DNA of 64,000 bases from Sedimentisphaerales bacterium (GTDB lineage Bacteria > Planctomycetota > Phycisphaerae > Sedimentisphaerales > Anaerobacaceae). The first letter of the stretch is position 1. Each line of letters opens with the position of its first letter. The position numbers were made by a program, and so were the translations under genes. Shown piece after piece: positions 51,532-62,137 of this stretch. The stretch covers positions 5,024,001 through 5,088,000 of the forward strand of contig OY970194.1 in assembly GCA_963708075.1 (NCBI GenBank). Reading direction: 5' to 3'. The notes beneath the pieces were generated by a model. That model was not told where the DNA came from. It made no database searches and saw only the letters and a list, made by a program, of their open reading frames with translations.

Positions 51532-52443
51532 TCACTTGCCTTTCAGAAACCCCGACTCTCCCATCCACTTTTCACAGAGCTTGGGCCAGGCGGAGGCGCC
51601 GTCGAGCTTCTGGCCGAGGCCGAAGCCGTGCGGGCCTTTGAGGAAAATGTGCATCTCGGCGGGAACGTTTGCCTTTCGCAGGGCCAGGTAGAAATAGATG
51701 CTGTTCTCCGCGGGGACGCCTCTGTCCTCCCAGGTGTGGATGAGGAAGGTCGGCGGCGTCTGCGGCGTCACCTGCTTTTCGTTCGACATCTTTTCGACGA
51801 GCGCCGCATCGGGCTCGGCGCCGAGCAGATTCTTTCGCGAGCCGGTATGGGTGAACGGCTCTGTGAACGAAATCACCGGATAGACCAGCACGGCGAAATC
51901 AGGCCGGCAGCTCACGCGGTCGATGGTGTCCCGCGCCTCGCCGAACGACTCGTTGAAATGAGTCGCCGCCGTGGAGGCCAGGTGGCCGCCGGCGGAAAAG
52001 CCGAGGATGCCGATCCGATTGGGATCGACGCCCCACTCCTTCGCCCGGCTTCGCACGGTGCGGATGGCCCGCTGGGCGTCCTGGATCGGGGCCGGATGAC
52101 CGTAGCCTGCGCCGCTATTACGATGGCGATACTTAACGATAAAGCCGGCCACGCCGAACGAGTTGAGCCACTGGGCAATCTGGTGCCCCTCGTGGTCCAC
52201 TGCCAACGCGCCGTATCCGCCACCGGGACAAATCACCACGGAAGCACCGGTCGCCTTGTCCTGGGGAGGCAGGTAGATCGTCAGCGTCGGCTTGTCGCCC
52301 TCGGCCTCGCCCTTCGCCCCCGGGGCCCCGCCCGGCCAGAGCAGCTCGACCTTCGGCTCCCCCGCCGTAGCGATCATCGACCACGAAAGTCCGATTAACG
52401 TTACGATGCACAGATACTGGATTGCTCTTGATCCGTTTCTCAT
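51532..52443 (-). CDS. Secreted alpha/beta hydrolase (xylan/feruloyl esterase-like)
   Basis: PGGGY, GFSAGG, TPPTFL and GPHGFG motifs. Confidence 0.88.
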   Translation of the reverse strand: MRNGSRAIQYLCIVTLIGLSWSMIATAGEPKVELLWPGGAPGAKGEAEGDKPTLTIYLPPQDKATGASVVICPGGGYGALAVDHEGHQIAQWLNSFGVAGFIVKYRHRNSGAGYGHPAPIQDAQRAIRTVRSRAKEWGVDPNRIGILGFSAGGHLASTAATHFNESFGEARDTIDRVSCRPDFAVLVYPVISFTEPFTHTGSRKNLLGAEPDAALVEKMSNEKQVTPQTPPTFLIHTWEDRGVPAENSIYFYLALRKANVPAEMHIFLKGPHGFGLGQKLDGASAWPKLCEKWMGESGFLKGK

Positions 52444-52453
52444 GGTTTTCTCC

Positions 52454-54703
52454 TTATGAGCCAAATTGGATTTCTGCCTGCTTTGTTCCCATGGGCAATA
52501 CAAAGCCCCGTTCGGTTCCCTTGACTGCTTGTCCATCGATAGACACCTGCGGCCTCAGCGCGTCCGGCAGCGGAAGCAGAAACCCTTCCGGCGGCGCTGC
52601 ATTGCCGTCGAGACGAAGTTTCGCTCTCTGGCCGGCGACCGTCCACACCGCGTGGAGCGTCCCGAAGTGTGTCGGCAGATTCCGGATTGTCATGCCGGTC
52701 CAATCCGTGAACCAGTCTTCCGGGATGCCCGCCAACAGGACGAGTTGCTGATTGTCCTCGTGGACGAGACAATCGCGCAGGAGCAGGTGGACCTCGGCGA
52801 TAGCCCAACCGTGCGGCATGGCCACGTCGCCATTCCACGTCGTCCTCAGGTGTCTCCAGCCGCCCGAGCCGCTCTTACCGCCCTCGTCGAAGGCGTACCA
52901 TCGCCGCATCTGGGGCTGATCCAGATGGATTTCAAGGGTCCGCCAGCCGGCCTCGCGATTGCCCGCCAGCAGGCTCTGATGCGCCCGGGCCAGCGGGAAG
53001 TATCGCCAGCTCTCGGGCTTCTGCGGCCCGAGACCCTTGAACTCCGCGCACGCCTTGCCCTCGGAGAACGGATACAGCCGGCAGGGCCAGAGGACACAGT
53101 AGCTGCCGTACTTGTCGGGCAGATTGCCGCCGTACGCGAGGTCGTACTTCTCGAACAGCTCCGCCGCAAAGGCGTCATACTGTGCGGCCTCGTCACGACT
53201 GCCCAGTGCATCGGCAAGCACAGCCGCCGCACGCATCCCGGCCAGATCGAATGCCTCCGTGTACGCGGGGTTGTGTCCATCGCATCGCCCGGGCTCCAGC
53301 TCTCTGCGCTTGTCCGCGGGCACGTCGTCACCGAACGTCAGGGCATCCATCTGCACCCAGTGCGGCCCGCCGCTCGTGCGATAGTAGCGGATCATCGCCG
53401 CCAGCTTCTGTGCCGCCGGATACACCCGCTCCAGGCATGCCCGGTCGCGCGTGAATCGCCAGTGCTCCCCCAGTATCCAGAGAATCTGGCCCGGATTATC
53501 CGCTTCAGGGTAGGACCGGCCGTTGAACGGGCGGGCGAGGAAGTACTCGACGGCCTGGGCCGCCAACTCCGCCCGACCCGCCTTCTGCAGGATATTCGCC
53601 ACGTACACGCCGTCGCGGTTGAAGACGTTGTAGTTGACCACCGCCACGTCCGGCGCCCCCTCGTTCATCGCCATTGCCGCGTGGCCGGTGATCGCCGCAA
53701 ACGCCTCCGACCACCGCGCATCGGGCAAGCGAAGCTCGACTCTTCCCGCAAGCTCCCGCCAATAGGCGCGGGCCTCGGAGAAAAGGGTGTAGACGTTCAG
53801 CTCTCGATAGTATTGCAGTCCCGGGTCCGGCTGCAACTCGCCGCCGCTCTCAGGGTTCGGCCTGGCCAGGTCGAACTGGGCCCATTCGCTGACGCCATCC
53901 CACTGGTGCCGCACGGCCCGGCGACCCGGCAGGACCGGGCAGACGAAGTCAAATGTCCTGCTCCGGCCCGGCGTCAACGTTACGCTGAACAGCAACGCCC
54001 CGGAGCAGTCCCCGGCGGCCGAGCCGGCCGACCTCAGCACCGGCATCATCTCGTACGTCGCAGACTGCCCGATCGTATCGGCCTCTGTCACACCTGCGCC
54101 GCTGGCCCGTTCTTTCGCAACGAGGGCGGCCCTGCCATCCACGAGCAACGCATTGCCCCCTTCACCGACGCTCATGCTGTGCACGGCGAATCCGGCGGGG
54201 CCGAGCGGGCGCAGGGCGGCATACAGTGACAGGGTCTTGGGCTCGCCGGCGGTATTTCTCAGTGTCACTCTCGCGCCGACGACGTGGACCCGGCCGGCGG
54301 GTGAATCCCGCAGGACGTGACATAACTCGGTCAGAACAACGACCTCGCCGGCGTTCCACTTCGACCAGGGGATGAGCCAACCGCCTTGAGCCAGGCCGTG
54401 CTCGCAGGGAACGTCCTTCATGGTCGGCGCGAAGAGTCTCTCTGCGGCCCGATCGTACAGCCAGAAATAGATCCCGTACGTGCCGACACCCGGCGAGAAG
54501 TTCCCCTCGGCTTCCACGAAGGTCTTGAGCGAATCGAGCGTGTTGGCGATCCCGATGGGGATATGGATTTCCCCGCGAGGATCAAGGATGGGGAGTGCGT
54601 CATTCCCGGAGACTGCACTGCCGGCAAGAACCAGGATGATCAGCCAGAGCAGAATACCGTGCCCCAGGCGAATCAAGCTGCATGGGGTCGTTCCCCTCTT
54701 CAT
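52454..54703 (-). CDS. Secreted six-hairpin glycosidase-like protein
   Basis: Signal peptide after ATG 54703. YNVFNRDG, EADNPGQ and MPHGWA...LLRD motifs. The upstream extension in the ORF track is an off-frame overlap with the E2 gene. Confidence 0.65.
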   Translation of the reverse strand: MKRGTTPCSLIRLGHGILLWLIILVLAGSAVSGNDALPILDPRGEIHIPIGIANTLDSLKTFVEAEGNFSPGVGTYGIYFWLYDRAAERLFAPTMKDVPCEHGLAQGGWLIPWSKWNAGEVVVLTELCHVLRDSPAGRVHVVGARVTLRNTAGEPKTLSLYAALRPLGPAGFAVHSMSVGEGGNALLVDGRAALVAKERASGAGVTEADTIGQSATYEMMPVLRSAGSAAGDCSGALLFSVTLTPGRSRTFDFVCPVLPGRRAVRHQWDGVSEWAQFDLARPNPESGGELQPDPGLQYYRELNVYTLFSEARAYWRELAGRVELRLPDARWSEAFAAITGHAAMAMNEGAPDVAVVNYNVFNRDGVYVANILQKAGRAELAAQAVEYFLARPFNGRSYPEADNPGQILWILGEHWRFTRDRACLERVYPAAQKLAAMIRYYRTSGGPHWVQMDALTFGDDVPADKRRELEPGRCDGHNPAYTEAFDLAGMRAAAVLADALGSRDEAAQYDAFAAELFEKYDLAYGGNLPDKYGSYCVLWPCRLYPFSEGKACAEFKGLGPQKPESWRYFPLARAHQSLLAGNREAGWRTLEIHLDQPQMRRWYAFDEGGKSGSGGWRHLRTTWNGDVAMPHGWAIAEVHLLLRDCLVHEDNQQLVLLAGIPEDWFTDWTGMTIRNLPTHFGTLHAVWTVAGQRAKLRLDGNAAPPEGFLLPLPDALRPQVSIDGQAVKGTERGFVLPMGTKQAEIQFGS

Positions 54704-54717
54704 CCGAGCGAGGTCCT

Positions 54718-55509
54718 TCAAATCAGCCTTTGCGGATCTTTCAATTGCTCCGTGAGGAATTGCAGAAAGCGTGCCGCGTACTCGCCGTGGATGACCCTGT
54801 GATCCACGGTCAGCGACAGGCTCATCAGCCTGCGTACGACGACGCGCCCGTCCAGCGGCACGGCCGCCAGATTGATCTTGCCCGCCGCCAGGATCGTGCT
54901 GACCGGCGGCGGCGCGATCCCAATGAATGAGTCGATGTCGTACGCCCCCAGGTTGCTCACGCCGATCGTCTGGTCCTCCAGGTCCTCCAGCGTCAGTCTG
55001 TTGCTGCGGGCCTTGTCCGTCAGTAGCTTCTCCTCCCTGGCAATCGTGGCCAGCGACTTGTCCTGGGCATTCTTGATGACCGGCACCACCAGCCCCTGCG
55101 GACCGTTGACGGCGAACCCGACATTGATGCCGTCGGCGATCCGGATGACCGCCCCGGCGTCGGGGTCTTGCGGGTCCTGCCACATGAACCGGCCGACCAT
55201 CAGCGGGTACTGCCGGGCCGCCAGAGACAGCGCGTGCATCAGGAACGCGTTGCTGGTGACCTTGACACCGAGGGCCTTGCTCAGGTTGTGCCGCATGCCC
55301 AGGAGCTCTGTCACATCGGCCTTCATCTCCAGGTAAAAACAGGGTTTGCACCGCTTCGAGGCCAGCATCCGCCCGGCAATCAGACGCTGGATGCGCGACA
55401 GCGGGACATGGATGAGCCGCGGATCATGGACCTGTGACGATTGACCAGGGGCGGCGGCATCGGCGAGCGACGCGGGCCTTGTACGCAACACTGACTGCTC
55501 AATCATCAA
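54718..55509 (-). CDS. 2-oxoacid dehydrogenase E2-like acyltransferase, catalytic domain only
   Basis: INVGFAV..PQGLVVPVIKNA, VSNLG and LTVDHRVIHG motifs. No lipoyl domain. Confidence 0.85.
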   Translation of the reverse strand: MMIEQSVLRTRPASLADAAAPGQSSQVHDPRLIHVPLSRIQRLIAGRMLASKRCKPCFYLEMKADVTELLGMRHNLSKALGVKVTSNAFLMHALSLAARQYPLMVGRFMWQDPQDPDAGAVIRIADGINVGFAVNGPQGLVVPVIKNAQDKSLATIAREEKLLTDKARSNRLTLEDLEDQTIGVSNLGAYDIDSFIGIAPPPVSTILAAGKINLAAVPLDGRVVVRRLMSLSLTVDHRVIHGEYAARFLQFLTEQLKDPQRLI

Positions 55510-55641
55510 TAATCCTTAATCAATCCACAGGGCCAATGATCCTTTCAGCCCGATATGATAGCCTCCCCCCGCCGGCCTATGCAAGCATTCCGTTGGCTTC
55601 CATCATGCTCGTGCCTGTGAAGGTTTCAAGGAGCTGAGGAT

Positions 55642-55674
55642 GGGTGGCAGCAGCAAGCGCAGGCTTGCCGATGG
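55642..55674. repeat. Half copy of family C repeat
   Basis: GGGTGGCAGCAGCAAGCGCAGGCTTGCCGATGG. Confidence 0.7.
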
Positions 55675-55748
55675 CTCACACGAGCGGGGCGTCTGCGCGT
55701 CAAAACAGGCCGGCGAATCGGTGGTCACAATTCCGCTGTCGAGCTGGG

Positions 55749-58256
55749 CTACTTGCTGCCTGCTTCATCGCAGCCGATGTCGGGGCGTCCGCCGAGAATT
55801 CGCGGCTGGCCGTCCATGTCGATCGGGACCAAATCGGCTGTGAACGCGGGATCGCCGGCATCGATGCAGGGCGAGCCATCGCCCAGATGATAGTCCCCGC
55901 CGATCCAGACGGCTGTCTTGTCACCCGGTGTGGCGGGCAGCGTCGGATTGGTTGGGTTGGCCCAATAGCCAGGCATCGCGAATTTCGGGTCAGCGTCGAT
56001 GTTGCCCTCGCCCGGGAAGCCGCCTTGGACGTCGCAATAGCGAACGGTCGGCTCATCGGCTGCAATCTGCGCGCCCCCGCCGCCGACACCGTTGGAGTAG
56101 ATGATGGAGTTGACGATGATGAGTCTGCCTTCCCTGACGCCCTCACTGGCATTGCCGACGATCACGCAATGCGCGATGGTGGCATAGTTGTACTTGATGA
56201 ATCGTCCGGCTTTCGCGGCCGTCATATCGAGGCCGGGTCCGCCGTTGCCTTCGATGATGCAATTAGCCATCGCCGGATTGCCGCTTTCGGCAATCTTGAT
56301 CCCGGCCTGCGCGTTATCCGAGATCCGGCAGTTGAGAATGGTTGGCGAGGCAACACTGCAATAGATGCCCTGCGTCGCCCCGGTAATCGTGAAGCCCGCG
56401 AGGATGCAGTTGGCGTCCTCGCCGCCGGAGAAGGCGACTGCCTGTGCGCCGCCGTCGATGATCGTGGCTGCGACGGCCGCAGGATTGTTGGGGTCTTCGG
56501 AGCAGAGGATCACATTCTTCCCCCCGAAGGTCACGGTCTCCCGGTACGTGCCTGGCGCAGCGACGATGGTATCGCCCTCATTGGCGTCCTGCACGGCCTG
56601 ACAGATGTAGTCGTATCGCGTGCCTTTCCTGAGGTTCTGCACGGGCCCGTCGTCGCTCGTCAGGGCGGGGACCACCAGCTCGATCCCTTCACCTGTCCCG
56701 AGATTCCGCGAGTACTTCTTGTCCGTTGGATTGTTCCAGTGCTCGTGGACGCCGAGGCTCTCGAGCCGCTTGCCGTCGCCGTCGGGGTCGTAGACAGACC
56801 GCGAGGGCGGATCGTTCGCCAGGGCCGCCTCGTGCAGGTAGTTGTCCACGCCCCGGCCCGTACAGTCAGTCGCCTTCGATTCATTCCGCACGAAGTCCAG
56901 CGCCACCGAATCGATGGCCACCGGGTCCTGCGAGATAAAGATGCTCGACGTCCACTTATTGTCGAACGATGCGAACTGCATGACCTCCGCGCTCTGATTT
57001 CGGGCGCCATACACCGCGTCGATCATGTACAGCAGGGTCTTGCCGCCCAGGTGCGGATGGCCCATCAGATCGACGAGGCAGTTGTAGGAGCCCATCGCCA
57101 GATCCCGGCTGCCGAAGCTGTGCAGCGGTGACGGCGTCCAACCGCCGTTGCTCGGCCAGTAGATGGAGCCAAAATGGTTCTTCCAGCAGAAGGTGACGCC
57201 GAACAGAGAGTGTGCCCGCAGCAGGGCCATGTTGATGAGGTACTTGGCCTCCGTCACGGCGCGGGGAGGGTATGCCCTTGCGTTGCCCGGTACGCTCGGA
57301 TTGGCGAAGCGGATGGGGTTGGCCTGGTCATGGGTCGCAGCGATGCGCCCACTTCGCGTCGTGTTGCAGATGAACCGGACACTCTGAAAGTTCGGGTCAG
57401 GATTGCTTCGCATCTTATCGTACAGGGGATCGCCGATATAGCGTGCGGCATCATAGATCGTGATGTCGCCGCCCGACACGCCGACGACGTTGATGAGTTG
57501 ATCGACGACGGTATACAGCATCTGCGGACTGGGCATGCCGGCGTTGGCGCTCCACGTGTTGCCGCTGTCCTGGTTCATATTGATCTTGATGGCGATCTTC
57601 TCGCCCTTGCTGTAGCCGACGTCGCCCAGGCTGCGGGTCCGGTTGAAATACCTGAACAATGCGTCCCACGCGGCGGCATCGTTCGGCTCGCCCGTGAACG
57701 TTCGAAGGGACTTCGAGACCATGTAGTCCACAGCGCCCTGATCAGTACTTGTTTCATCCCACCAGCGGCCGGTCTTGCCGTCCCACAGGGCGGCGCGGGG
57801 CTCGTACATCCAGACGACCCGGCCGGGATAGATCCCCTTGCCGACGCCTATCGGGGAGTTCGCAGGGTCGCTCGGCGCGAAGGCGGCCCCGGCTCTCTCC
57901 TCCTGCGTGGCACTGAGTGACATCCAGATCGCGCCTACCGCGATACCCAGCACCACCGCGGCCGCAAGGTAACGGGTCTGGCCGAGCAATTGTCTCGCCC
58001 GGCGATAGGCCAGCAACGAGGCGAGGATTCCCATCAGCCAAACGACGAAGCCGCCGGCCAGCGGCGCCGCCATTCGCTGGCAGGGATATGTCGCCCGCGA
58101 CGGCTTGGGAATCACCCGGACCAAGAACCAGGCCAGCGAGAGCAGCCCCGTAAGCGGCAGGACCCAGTGAACCCAGCGGCACTTCCCAGCCGTGACAATA
58201 GGACGGCCGGTTTTCGGACATACGCGCAGGTGAGCTGCTTCTCCTTTGCGTGCCAT
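55749..58256 (-). CDS. Membrane-anchored DUF362-domain protein with a C-terminal parallel beta-helix
   Basis: PKPSRATYPCQR, IAIKINMN, H...GVT..WKNHFG and DPVAIDS motifs. Beta-helix repeats ending DYHL...SPCIDAG. Confidence 0.78.
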   Translation of the reverse strand: MARKGEAAHLRVCPKTGRPIVTAGKCRWVHWVLPLTGLLSLAWFLVRVIPKPSRATYPCQRMAAPLAGGFVVWLMGILASLLAYRRARQLLGQTRYLAAAVVLGIAVGAIWMSLSATQEERAGAAFAPSDPANSPIGVGKGIYPGRVVWMYEPRAALWDGKTGRWWDETSTDQGAVDYMVSKSLRTFTGEPNDAAAWDALFRYFNRTRSLGDVGYSKGEKIAIKINMNQDSGNTWSANAGMPSPQMLYTVVDQLINVVGVSGGDITIYDAARYIGDPLYDKMRSNPDPNFQSVRFICNTTRSGRIAATHDQANPIRFANPSVPGNARAYPPRAVTEAKYLINMALLRAHSLFGVTFCWKNHFGSIYWPSNGGWTPSPLHSFGSRDLAMGSYNCLVDLMGHPHLGGKTLLYMIDAVYGARNQSAEVMQFASFDNKWTSSIFISQDPVAIDSVALDFVRNESKATDCTGRGVDNYLHEAALANDPPSRSVYDPDGDGKRLESLGVHEHWNNPTDKKYSRNLGTGEGIELVVPALTSDDGPVQNLRKGTRYDYICQAVQDANEGDTIVAAPGTYRETVTFGGKNVILCSEDPNNPAAVAATIIDGGAQAVAFSGGEDANCILAGFTITGATQGIYCSVASPTILNCRISDNAQAGIKIAESGNPAMANCIIEGNGGPGLDMTAAKAGRFIKYNYATIAHCVIVGNASEGVREGRLIIVNSIIYSNGVGGGGAQIAADEPTVRYCDVQGGFPGEGNIDADPKFAMPGYWANPTNPTLPATPGDKTAVWIGGDYHLGDGSPCIDAGDPAFTADLVPIDMDGQPRILGGRPDIGCDEAGSK

Positions 58257-58401
58257 CGTCAATCTCCTCAGATTCCCCCGTTGACTGTACTTGAGAATGA
58301 GTCCCAACCGGCCGGCACGTCAGGACGTGCTCCTCCCTTGTGCGAGCAAGGCCGATCGGCTAGTCACTCACCATTGTACCGAAAGGCGGATCCATGCGCA
58401 G

Positions 58402-58439
58402 AAAAAAAGCGAGGCCGCCCTCCTCCAGAACGACCCCGC
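58402..58439 (-). terminator. Intrinsic terminator
   Basis: GCGGGGTCGTTCT-GGAGG-AGGGCGGCCTCGC-TTTTTTT on the minus strand. Confidence 0.7.
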
Positions 58440-58590
58440 AACCGAAAGAAACCAAAATCCGCTCTGGCCTTGGCCATCACAGATTCCGGCTCTTTTCCAA
58501 AAATAGGGCGGGCATGCTCCTCCTCCGTACGATGTGGGTTTAGGACGCTCCCGCCCTGAGTCGCAAGAATCCATATACAAAAGAACTGAC
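58402..58590 (-). ncRNA. Candidate small RNA or attenuator leader with GGA-loop hairpins
   Basis: Upstream TTGCCA-16-TAGCAT, hairpin at 58505-58557 enclosing GGAGGAGGAG, terminal 13-bp stem with GGAGG loop followed by T7. Confidence 0.45.
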
Positions 58591-58768
58591 AGACTCATGC
58601 TACCGAGAGTCACTCACCTGGCAAGAAAAAAATTCCTGGATTTGCTAAATAGCCCATTCTCCCGTGGCGATCCTGTGCCACGTCCCCATTTTTATGTCAT
58701 TTCACCGAAATGCGAATGTCAGGTCAGGGACACAAGTGGTGCAGAGAGCCTGGTGTCCTCCGCGTGAC

Positions 58769-60875
58769 TCAGGAACCGCCGACTGGCACGGGACCGGCCT
58801 GCCCCTCCGTACTGCTCTGCTGCCTGTCTGATGTGCCCAGGACGGGATCGGCATCACGCGGGACCGGCTCTATGTACCTGACCGAGGAGTCACGGTTACG
58901 TTTGCTCCACTTGCAGGCCCAAGAGCCGAAGAGCGTGCTGTGCCCGGCCTCTTCCTGGTCGAGCCGGAAGATCGTGCTCCTTCGCCATTGCGCGATCTGC
59001 TGACTCAATTGCTGCGCCTGCTCCTGCGGCAGGTCCATGGCGGACAGCTCCAACGGATCCGTGCTCAAGTGATAAAGGGAGACTTCGTTGTGCGCGGGGT
59101 CATACACGAATTTGCGGTCCTGCTGCACGAAGCCGGCCGGGCCCTCCTGCATCCAGCCCGAGAAATACGTCCTGCGATCCGCGGGCAACGGGTCCAAGGC
59201 GTTGACCCCATCGAAGTGCATCCGGTCGAGGTCAAATCCGAGCAGACTCAGGATCGTCGGGGTCAGGTCCATCGAGGTCACCGGCCCCGTGATCCGCGTC
59301 CCCGGCTCGATCAGATGCGGCGCCCGCATGCACATGGCGATCCGCAGGACCTCCTCGTAGGCCAGACGCTCGTGACCGCTGATGCCGTGCTCCCCGAATC
59401 CTTCCCCATGGTCGCCGACGACACAGAAGATCGTGTCGTCCGTCAGGTGGAGGTTCGCCAGCTCGGCATCCAGCGCCCCCAGAAACCGATCCGTATAGGC
59501 GATCGTCTGCTGATAGCGATCCGGCAGCTCGTCGGCCTTCTGCCCGAACCACGCGGGCACCTGGTACGGGTCGTGTGTGACGGAGCACAAGACGACCAGC
59601 AGGAACGGCTTGTCGTCGGCCTTGATCCACTCGGTGACCGGCTCGAGCATCGCGAACTCGTCACTGCCGAGATAACCGACGAACCGGTTCGGGTCATTCA
59701 GATTCTCACGCGACCAGAACTTGTCGAATCCAAGGTTATGGACGAGCCCCGGCCGGGACTCGAACGTGCCCATCGCCGACTGGAAGAACGCCGTGCGAAA
59801 GCCCATACCCTTCCTGAGAATCGTCGCCAGACTGGCATAGGGTGAATCCATCGGCACCGCTTCCGCAATGTCCTGCGAGGCCGACGGCACCCGGCCGGTC
59901 AGCAGCGCGAACAGCGCCTTGGTCGTATGCGTCACCACGGAGCGGGCATTGGTGAACGCAACCCCCTGGCGCGCCAGCGAAGCCAGGCAGGGCGTCGGCC
60001 CGCCCGCCCCCAAGCCCGCCTGCGGCGCGATTCCGCCCTGCTCGGCCGCCAGAGACGTGCAGTCGTACTGGATGCCTTCGAGCACGACGATTACGACGTT
60101 ATGATTGACCCATCGCGGCTTGAGCTGCACTTCGACCGCGTCGTAGCGAGGCAGCACGCGGGTGGCGTTGTCGAAGTCATCCCGGGCGAGATGGCGGTAT
60201 TCCGGCAGCAGAAAGGCGAGAACGGCCCGCGACTGGCAGTTGAACCGCAGCCCGGCCGTATCCCTGCGCGGGACCCAGCCATTTGACAGCGGCATTGGCC
60301 ATGACCGCCGCCACGCTGATGGCAAGCAACGCGGCGATCCGGACGCAGAACCGCCGGCGGTCATATCGCGGCAGAGGCGGATTGGCCACGACTGAAAAGA
60401 AAAACGCCAGGGCAATCGCGCTGGGCACGAGCAGGACCGCCGCCGCGCCCGGCATGCTCAGCAGGTTGTGCAGCACGATCATGGTGATGTTGATCGGGTC
60501 GCGCACCAGCGGACGCAGCTCCATCGGCAGGATCTGCGTACCCGTGCGAATCATCCAGCCGGCATTCATCACCGACCACGTGCAGATGACCGCCGCGAAG
60601 ATTATGGCGCCCCGGACGACGCGTTTCGTCGGCCAGCGGTAGCAGATCAACGACAGAATCACCTGGATCGTCAAGAGCATGGCGATATCGGTCAGAATCC
60701 AACTGGGGTACTTGAGAAGCTGGCCGTAGCGGATGGCGTGGAAGAATTTCACTGCCAGATTACAGAACAACGCCCCAAACACGATCGCACTGCACGCGCG
60801 CGGCGCCAGAGCATCGCGCACCTGCCGCAGAACCCCCGGCCTCCTCCGGTCAGATTGTGAGGATTGTGTACTCAT
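58769..60875 (-). CDS. Membrane-anchored sulfatase/LtaS-like protein, frameshift near 60265
   Basis: N-terminal TMs from ATG 60875. [30 protein letters not shown] and DLTPTIL motifs. Confidence 0.8.
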
Positions 60876-61124
60876 GGACAGAACATACCCCAGGCCGCCG
60901 GAAATAGCAACCCGCTTGCCTTTTCCTCTCAACGCTCGCGCCATCCGGCGCCGGTTCATGTGCCGCGCGTTCCCTGCGCGGTAAGACCCCACATCGGCGA
61001 TCCATCCGCCGTCATCCTTATTATACCCGCCGCATGTGCGGGCGTCCCCGGAAAAACAGCCGCGTCCAGCACCTGGACCCACGCCGCGATTGTGGCAGAG
61101 CAGGCATGAGGTGGCACGGGGGCG

Positions 61125-61880
61125 CTGAGCGGGCGCGACGCCAAAGAGGCTGTGGAGCAGCGAGCCGACGGCGTAGGCGAGCGCGGCGGCGACACTTCCG
61201 ATCAGCAACGTCTGCAATCCCGATCGGACGGGCGGACGATTCAGCATCACACCTTTCCCTATGCCCAGGGCGGCAAAGGCCGCTGCAGAGAGCCCGGCGC
61301 TCACCAGGAACAGGTGCTCGCGTGGAAAGGCGGGGAAAATAAATGGAATCAGCGGAATGAAGCCGAACAGGCCGAAGGCGATGAAGGTGACCGCGGCGGT
61401 GCGCCACGGGCTCTCGGTGACCCTCTGCAGGTTCAGCTCCTCCTCGAGCATGGTATCGATCCACACATCCCGATTTCGGATGATCACGTCGACGACCCGA
61501 TCGAGCGTGGCGCCGCGAAATCCCTTGCGGGCGAAGATCTCCCGCACCTCTCGATACTCGCCGAGCGGATAGTTGTCGATCTGCCACGACTCGTCCTGCT
61601 TGGCTTCATCGACCTCTTCCTGTCTGCTCCTGGTGCCGAGGAAATTGCTCACGGCCATGCTGAATCCATCGGCGATCAGGTTGGCCAGGCCGAGAACGAT
61701 GACGACGTCGGTCGAGAGTTGGCCTCCCGCGCTGCCGGCAACTACTGCGAAGGTCGTAACAATGCCGTCCGCTCCTCCCAGGACGGCATCCCCGAGAGGG
61801 CTCTCGCCTCCCCCATAGGCAATGCGCTCGCGGATTTTTTCCGGCCGATGCTCCTCCCACAGGTTCTCGGTTTCTCGTAT
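61125..61880 (-). CDS. VIT1/CCC1 family transporter (start and stop uncertain)
   Basis: [33 protein letters not shown] and GFIPLIPF motifs. In this assembly it reads through, with no stop, into the sulfatase N-terminus. Confidence 0.8.
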
Positions 61881-62137
61881 GCCGCCACATAGTAAACGAC
61901 GCCTTCGCACATTCCGTTGCGTGTCGAGCAGAGCACGAACGCAAAACCGAAGCAACAGCATGCGCCGGATGTTTTGCGCACACCCGCGCCGGCATGATTC
62001 CTGCCCGGCGGACAGCCCGTTCCGCGTAAGCGCGGACATGCCGCGCTCCCATGTGTAGGCTCTGATTGGCTGCCCAGTTCGTCGAGACCTGTCAGGCACG
62101 CACTCATTCCCTATGAGCGAATCCCTGATTCACACGC

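Noticed and set aside
52454..55351. 965-aa ORF as a single protein
   Set aside because: The first ~215 aa are an off-frame reading of the E2 gene. The signal peptide follows ATG 54703.
1216..55674. Repeats as a CRISPR array
   Set aside because: They are dispersed, lack regular repeat-spacer periodicity, and no cas genes were seen.
60177..62099. 640-aa apparent VIT1-sulfatase fusion
   Set aside because: The joining segment is not protein-like and the sulfatase has its own ATG at 60875. A missing stop near 61125 in an error-prone assembly is the simpler explanation.
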